A stretch of DNA of 64,000 nt from Candidatus Eiseniibacteriota bacterium. Its GTDB lineage: Bacteria; Eisenbacteria; RBG-16-71-46. Of the stretch, positions 58,219 to 64,000 are shown one piece after another; the stretch's first letter is position 1; each line of letters begins with the position of its first letter. Both the position numbers and the translations under genes were made by a program. The notes beneath the pieces are model-generated. The model searched no databases. It was not told where the DNA came from and worked only from the letters and a program-made list of their open reading frames with translations. The DNA is taken from NCBI GenBank assembly GCA_038231135.1, contig JBBRLX010000019.1, positions 10,176 through 74,175 of the forward strand. The letters run 5' to 3'.

Positions 58219-58372
58219 GTGCCCGGTCGCCGTCGCGTCGACGTCCTGGCCGCCCTGGTCTTCACGTTGCTCGCGCGCGCTGGATACTCGGCGCGCGCGC
58301 GCGCTCAGCGCGCCCGGCACGTTCTCGATCGTTGCATACGATTCGGCCACCCAGGAGCTGGGCGTCGCCGGC
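58219..58372 (+). pseudogene. DUF1028 (Ntn-hydrolase-like) N-terminal remnant
   Basis: GAGGAGG RBS plus GTG and signal peptide, then out-of-frame TFSIVAYDSATQELGVA, after which similarity is lost. Confidence 0.65.
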
Positions 58373-58566
58373 GCAGATCATGGGATCGTTCGCAGCGATC
58401 GATTCCGCGTGGAGCGGCCGCCAGCTGTCGCCGCGAGCGCGACCGGGTGGCGGAGACGCTCGATCGCAGAGCGCTTGGACGGTGGTCAGGGCATTGCCTA
58501 TGCTGGCGCGCTCGGAAACCCAGTTCCTGTCCGTGCCTTGCCGGCGCGGTCAATGGAGGAGACGTG

Positions 58567-59898
58567 GTGCGTGACCTTCTGACTGCTATGGTTTTCATGA
58601 CTCTGATCCCTGCCGCACAGGCTGCTACCCGGCCAGCGCCCGACCCCGCCATCGCCGCCCTCGTCGCCAGGGTTTCCGCCGAGCGCCTGAAGGCCGACGA
58701 TGCGCGGCTGGTCGCGTTCGGCACGCGCAACACCTTCTCCGAAAAACTGGGCGACAAGCGCGGAGTGTTCGCCGCCCGGTCATGGATCGCCGGTCAGTTC
58801 CGCGAGATCGCCAGGGCCAGCCATGGGCGCATGACGGTGGCCTATGACAGCCATGTCCAGAAGGCTGACGGCAAGCGCATTCCGCGGGACGTGGAGATCT
58901 CGAGCGTGATCGCCACACTGAAGGGCGATGAGCCCGGCAGGCGGACCTATGTGATGTCCAGCCACTATGACTCGCGCAATAGCGACGATGCGGACGCGAC
59001 TCTGGACGCGCCGGGTGCCGACGACAACGGGTCGGGGACATCGGCGGTGCTGGAGGCGGCCCGCGTGATGGCCGGCGTGCCGACGCACGCCACCGTCCTA
59101 TTCGCGACCTACGATTCGGAGGAACAGGGCCTGTTCGGATCTGCGCACCACGCAACGGCGCTCAAGGATTCCGGCGTCGACGTCCAGGGCGATCTCAACA
59201 ACGACATCGTCGGCGCGTCGGTCGGCGACCATGACGAGCAGAACCCCGGCACGGTGCGGATATTCTCGCAGGCGATCGCGGCCGGTGCGGATCCTGTGAA
59301 AGTGAACGCGATCGGCAACGAGAACGACTCCCCGTCACGCGAGCTGGCCCGTTTCGCCCAGGAGATGGGCGACCGCTACCAGTCGGACTTCCACGGGGAC
59401 CTGATCTTCCGAGCCGACCGGTTCCTGCGCGGCGGCGATCACGAGTCGTTCAATGCCGCTGGATTCGCCGCCATCCGCTTCACCGAGCCGGTCGAGACCT
59501 TCGCGCACCAGCATCAGACCGTGCGGACCGAGAACGGCGTCGAGTATGGCGACCTGGCGAAGTCGATGGACTTCGACTATCTGGCCCGGGTCACCCGCTA
59601 CAACGTGGCGGTGCTGGCATCCCTGGCAATCGGCCCCGGGCGGCCGGCGACCGCCTCCATCCTGACCAAGGTACTGGACAACAAGACCCAGCTGACCTGG
59701 ACGGCGGTTCCCGGCGCCGCGACCTATGAAGTCGTGCGACGGAAGACCACCGACGCCGTCTGGACGGAGGTCACCGACGTGGGCAACGTGACCGCGGCGA
59801 CATTGCCCTACTCGAAGGACAACTGGCTGTTCGGCGTCCGCGCCGTCGACGCTCAGGGCCATCGCGGCGTGCCGGCATTCCCGCTGCCGGTCCGGTAG
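58567..59898 (+). CDS. M28 family metallopeptidase with C-terminal FN3-like domain
   Basis: GGAGGA RBS; SHYDS, PGADDNGSG, SEEQGLFGS, LNNDIVG, GGDHESF. Confidence 0.92.
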   Translation: MRDLLTAMVFMTLIPAAQAATRPAPDPAIAALVARVSAERLKADDARLVAFGTRNTFSEKLGDKRGVFAARSWIAGQFREIARASHGRMTVAYDSHVQKADGKRIPRDVEISSVIATLKGDEPGRRTYVMSSHYDSRNSDDADATLDAPGADDNGSGTSAVLEAARVMAGVPTHATVLFATYDSEEQGLFGSAHHATALKDSGVDVQGDLNNDIVGASVGDHDEQNPGTVRIFSQAIAAGADPVKVNAIGNENDSPSRELARFAQEMGDRYQSDFHGDLIFRADRFLRGGDHESFNAAGFAAIRFTEPVETFAHQHQTVRTENGVEYGDLAKSMDFDYLARVTRYNVAVLASLAIGPGRPATASILTKVLDNKTQLTWTAVPGAATYEVVRRKTTDAVWTEVTDVGNVTAATLPYSKDNWLFGVRAVDAQGHRGVPAFPLPVR

Positions 59899-59910
59899 GA
59901 ACGCACTTCG

Positions 59911-60309
59911 ATGCCACTGACCCGGCACACGCCTCGGCCCCTACGAAATCCTCGCGCCGCTCGGCGCTGGCGGAATGGGGGAGGTCTACCGGGCACGAGA
60001 CTCTCGACTCGGCCGCGACGTTGCGGTCAAGGTTCTGCCGGCGCACCTGCGGGAGCAACCTGAGGTTCGCGCGCGATTCGAGCGCGAGGCTCGTACGGCT
60101 TCCGCACTGAACCATCCGCACATCTGCGTGCTCCACGACGTCGGCAACGATGGGCGATCGACTATCTCGTCATGGAGCTTGTCGATGGCGAGTCTCTCGC
60201 GGAGCGCATCGGCCACGGCCCGCTGTTGCCAGCCGAGGTGATGAGGATCGGCGCACAAATCGCCCACGCGCTCGACCGCGCGCATCAGGCCGGCGTGGTA
60301 CGCTCCTGA
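59911..60309 (+). pseudogene. Ser/Thr kinase pseudogene (two frameshifts, truncated before HRD)
   Basis: atg cca ctg a|ccc ggc aca cgc ctc (frameshift); [17 protein letters not shown]...[16 protein letters not shown]...AHQAGVV, then an abrupt end. Confidence 0.9.
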
Positions 60310-60326
60310 GCCGACGACGCGAACGG

Positions 60327-61163
60327 TCAGGCCGGCTCGGAATGTGGGGGAGGAGCTTTCAGTCGTCGCAGCCTCTTGATCGCATAGAAGACCCCGAACG
60401 AGGTCATCCCGATCACAACACAAGCAAGCAGGAAGGCTCGATCGATACCGACCTCTGAGATTGGGCGCTCGGTAAAGTCTCCCGCGATCCCAGTCCACCA
60501 ATAGGCGAACATCCCGATGTCCATCAGGACATGGCCGACAATGCTTGGGATCAGGGAGCCCGAAGACCAGGCGAGGAGTCCAAGCAGCACTCCGGCTCCG
60601 AATATGACGGGAATCATCGCTGGTACCGCCCAGGCCTTGCTGAGATGGAACGCCGTGAACACGAGCGCGGAGAGCAGAATCGCGATCAGCGGGCCGTGCC
60701 GCTCTTCGAGTGGTTGCTGCATGTACCCGCGGAATCCTGTCTCTTCGCAGACTCCAGCGGACATCGCCGAGATCACCACGGCGAGCCATCTGAGCGCCAC
60801 AGAGGGAATGAAGGACAGATCGTAGCCGCGGCGAAATGCTGCGATCGGAAACGACTGCAAGCGAAACAGGATAACGATCGAGGCATGGACCGTCACCGCG
60901 AAGCTGAGCGCACCGAACAGGCCCCATGTCCATTGTTCGGGCGAGAGGGTCGCGGCGCGGGAGACGGATCGACGCGCCACTCGTGTTGAACGCGGCGGCC
61001 CCGCACCATTCGTCCACCAGACATAGAACACCAGAAAGAGGATCTCGGCTGCCGAAGCCAGTGGAGTGCCCAGGCTCACGAGAAGGATCGGCCACACATT
61101 CGCGGCGACCAGCGCAACCAGACTGCCGGCAACGACTGCACGCACCCATACCGGCGGTTTCAC
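60327..61163 (-). CDS. CPBP/Abi (CAAX) family intramembrane metalloprotease
   Basis: EETGFRGY, FTAFH and HVLMD motifs; multi-TM. Start uncertain (GTG 61163). Confidence 0.88.
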   Translation of the reverse strand: MKPPVWVRAVVAGSLVALVAANVWPILLVSLGTPLASAAEILFLVFYVWWTNGAGPPRSTRVARRSVSRAATLSPEQWTWGLFGALSFAVTVHASIVILFRLQSFPIAAFRRGYDLSFIPSVALRWLAVVISAMSAGVCEETGFRGYMQQPLEERHGPLIAILLSALVFTAFHLSKAWAVPAMIPVIFGAGVLLGLLAWSSGSLIPSIVGHVLMDIGMFAYWWTGIAGDFTERPISEVGIDRAFLLACVVIGMTSFGVFYAIKRLRRLKAPPPHSEPA

Positions 61164-61498
61164 AGCCTGGCCCAACCCAGCCAGAACCCCCTCGCTGTCA
61201 TCGCCAGAGCCCCCACAAAACGAGACGCCCCCCGGCACCCAACCTCCGCATCACCAACTGCCGGAGCCAGAGGATAATCCTCATTCTTTTGGTGTCCAGG
61301 GGCAGGTGCTCGAGACGGCGGGACCGGACGCCGAGGCCTCCGTCGAACGGGCGCGTGAGGGTCTGGTCGCCACCCGGATCCCGCGCGGGACCGTGGTGCT
61401 GCCGGGGTCCGGCCGCCCGCCTGCCGCCCGTGGCGCGCCTCCTGCCCCGCCCCCGCGATTCGCGAGCGCCAAGACACGCGGCGTGGTGGTCCACTCCG

Positions 61499-61540
61499 TG
61501 GGGTACATTCACCCGATGCCACTCGCCCCCGGCGCGAAGC
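61499..61540 (+). pseudogene. Kinase promoter plus 5' stub (MPLAPGAK)
   Basis: TG-GGG-TACATT-N6-ATG(61516) ccactcgcccccggcgcgaag. Confidence 0.7.
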
Positions 61541-61631
61541 ACGCGCGCGCATTTCGTAGGGCACCTCGCGCTGGCACAACCCGGGGAGCGCCGCGAATGA
61601 TTGCGATCGAATGGCGACCGAACGAGGCAGG

Positions 61632-62627
61632 ATGCGCAAAGTTCTAAAGGTCGCTTCTTTGGCCCTCGCTCTTTCGGTCATCGCGTTCGCGGGTCTCACG
61701 TATTGGGGGCTTCCCAGCAAGTTGCCGAGCAAGCCCCAATTACCCGGAACGGTCGAGCGCGGCGCGCTGGAACATGGCGGGCGCACGCGAACGTGGTTTG
61801 CGTATGTGTCCACGAGACTGCAGGCGCATCCGACGCTGGTGATTGCGTTGCACGCCTCGATGAGCTCGGCCGGGCGGGTGCGGCAGATCTTCGGATACGA
61901 CTTCGATCTGCTCGCGGAAGAGCATGGTTTCATCGCGGTCTATCCGCAGGGGTGCGATGGCGACTGGAATGACTGCTACGTGAAGGGGCCATTCGCCGCA
62001 AAGATCGCGAACATCGACGACGTGGGCTTCCTGCACGCGCTCGTCGATCGCCTCGTCAGGGACCATGATGCCGATCGTGCCCACGTCTACGTGACCGGTG
62101 TGTCGAATGGCGGGGCAATGGCGATTCGCCTGGCGCTGCAAACGCCGGATTTCGCGCGTGCGTATGCCATCGTGATCTCCAGCATGCCCGTGCCGGAGAA
62201 CATGGCCATCACGCCGAAGGGCGCGCCGGTGTCGTTGCTTCTCATGAACGGCACTGCCGACCTGATGCATCGGTGGGGCGGCGGCTGGACTGCCCCCGGC
62301 AAGTGCAATGTGACGCTCATCACGATTCACGGCGGCGGTCACAGCGTTCCCCATCCCGCCAGGTTCGGCATGCGCCTGCTCGGCAATTCCAATCGCGACT
62401 TCCACGCCGCAGACGAGATTTGGAAGCGGATTCAACAAGGTGCTGTTCGAACTACACTACGGCGCAGCGTGAGGGTTCGGCGGGTGCACCTCGGTCTTGA
62501 AGGATCTGCACTCCACGTGCAAGGACCTCCGTGGCGCCGCCAAACTCTGGCACGTAATGGCCCATGGAACTACCCACCGCTGTCTCCCATCACCATTGCC
62601 CGCAAAGCGTTGGGTGAGCTCCGTTGA
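61632..62627 (+). pseudogene. LpqC/PHB-depolymerase family esterase, probable in-frame internal deletion and aberrant C-terminus
   Basis: AVYPQG, DDVGFL, GVSNGG, NGTAD and GGGH present, but the segment normally between GTAD..WxGG and WTAPG appears absent (~62285). Similarity ends at ADEIW. Confidence 0.6.
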
Positions 62628-62836
62628 GCGCCGCCGCGGTGGCGCGATACCTGCCTGCGATGCACGTGGCGTGGTGCGCTCCTGGACCCCTCGCGCTCCG
62701 CCCTGGGCACAAGGAACGCTCGGCCGAACGAAATTGGGTACCACATGCGGATCCCGCCGGATCTCTCGCCAGCACGATTCCCCCGCACGATGCACGCGTG
62801 AGCGCGACGGTCCGACTGGATCGCGGGGACTCGCGC

Positions 62837-63901
62837 ATGCTGGACGCGATCCAGCGCCGCGCGTTCAGCTTCTTCCGGCACGAGACGAACCGCGCCAACG
62901 GGTTGGTGCGGGACAAGACGCGTGTTGATTGGCCGGCGAGCATCGCGAGCGTAGGCCTGGCACTTACCGCGCATCCCGTCGGAGTGGAGCGTGGATTCGT
63001 GACGCGCGCCGACGCCGCCGAGCGCACACTCACCACGCTGCGCTTCTTCTGGCAGAGCAAGCAGGGCCCCGGATCAGACGCCACGGGCTACCAGGGGTTC
63101 TACTACCATTTCCTCGACATGCAGACCGGCGCGCGCACCTGGCAGTGCGAGTTGTCGACGGTCGACACCGCCCTCTTGCTCGGGCTCGGCTCGTCGACGC
63201 ACCCGCTGCCTGTGGAGAGCTACCAGGCGTGGATGTCGACCTATCGGTGGATGACCATTTACGACACCCAGTTCCTGTACGCCGGGCCGCTGTTCACGCA
63301 CCAACTGTCTCAAGTGTGGATCGATTTCCGCGGCATCCAGGACGGATTCATGCGCGAGCGCGGGATCGACTACTTCGAGAACAGCCGCCGCGCCACGCTC
63401 ATGCAACAGCAGTACGCCATCCGCAATCCACGTGGTCATGCCCGGTACGGGGAGTCCTGCTGGGGAATCACCGCGAGCGATGGACCGGGCGAGATCACCT
63501 GCGCGGTGAACGACGTTGAGAGGAGGTTCTTCAACTACCTCGCGCGGGGGGTTCCCGACGGCCCCGACGACGGCACGATTGCTCCGTGGGCCGTGGTCGC
63601 ATCGCTGCCGTTCGCACCGGAGATCGTGCTGCCGACGCTCGAGTACTTCTGTGAGCTCCACCTTTCGGACGTCCATCCGTACGGCTTCAAGGCGACGTTC
63701 AATCCGACGTTTCCCGTTGCCGGCGGTTCCCCTCTCGGATGGGTGTCGCCCTGGCATTTCGGTATCAATCAGGGGCCGATCGTCGTGATGATCGAGAATC
63801 ACCGATCGGGATTAGTGTGGCGGCTGACACGTGAGTGTCTGCCGATCGTCATGGGGCTGCGGGCCGTGCCCCGCGTCGTGTTGAAAAAGGAAGTGGCGTA
63901 A
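62837..63901 (+). pseudogene. Glucoamylase-like (DUF2329/GH144-related) protein with in-frame internal deletion and disrupted C-terminus
   Basis: GFYYHFLDM, ELSTVDTALLL|GLGSSTHPLP (junction ~63181), YAGPLFTHQ, WGITASDGP, GINQGP..MIEN. Confidence 0.7.
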
Positions 63902-64000
63902 TCTTCCGGCTGCTCTAAACCAGCCGGCCGGAGGGCCGGTGTACCGGAGGACTACACCGTGCAAGAATCTATCAGGAACGACGATACGCGTGAAATCACA
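63861..64000 (+). mobile_element. Possible left end of an insertion element with the start of an ORF (GTG 63959)
   Basis: Upstream gene similarity breaks at 63861. Then TTGAAA and TG-GCG-TAATCT, hairpin CCGGCTG-N8-CAGCCGG, GGAGGA RBS and an ORF running off the window. Confidence 0.25.

Noticed and set aside
58219..58566. Long N-terminal extension of the M28 peptidase
   Set aside because: Belongs to a DUF1028 remnant and spacer; the peptidase has its own GGAGGA RBS and signal peptide at 58567.
62450..62520. Another kinase stub (TACACT...tcggcgggtgcacctcggtc)
   Set aside because: Needs several indels and has no ATG at the expected distance; too weak to call.
1..64000. tRNA, rRNA, integrase or complete transposase genes
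   Set aside because: None recognised by eye; covariance-model and HMM searches were not possible.

Overview
A very GC-rich bacterial window. The mix of Por/FlgD-like C-terminal sorting tails, TonB/AsmA outer-membrane genes and many Hanks kinases suggests an FCB-related lineage such as Ca. Eisenbacteria; this is inference only. The left third (1-24 kb) is an intact cluster of large secreted multi-domain proteins, including a ~3,300-aa FN3/FG-GAP/LamG protein, and five of them carry the same type of C-terminal tail. The right two-thirds (24-64 kb) is a co-oriented (+ strand) array of Ser/Thr kinase genes: 5 intact, 1 frameshifted, 1 truncated and 4-6 short decayed 5' stubs. These are interleaved with unrelated cargo genes and many deletion-type pseudogenes. 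Most kinase starts and stubs share a TG-N3-TAnnnT-N6-ATG leaderless promoter. Several stubs sit directly upstream of cargo genes, and one pair forms a 52-bp imperfect direct repeat around cbpA-cbpM. This points to the kinase promoter/5' end acting as an insertion or recombination site and promoter donor. No rRNA, tRNA, CRISPR array or integrase was recognised. All family assignments are by motif recognition, not database search.
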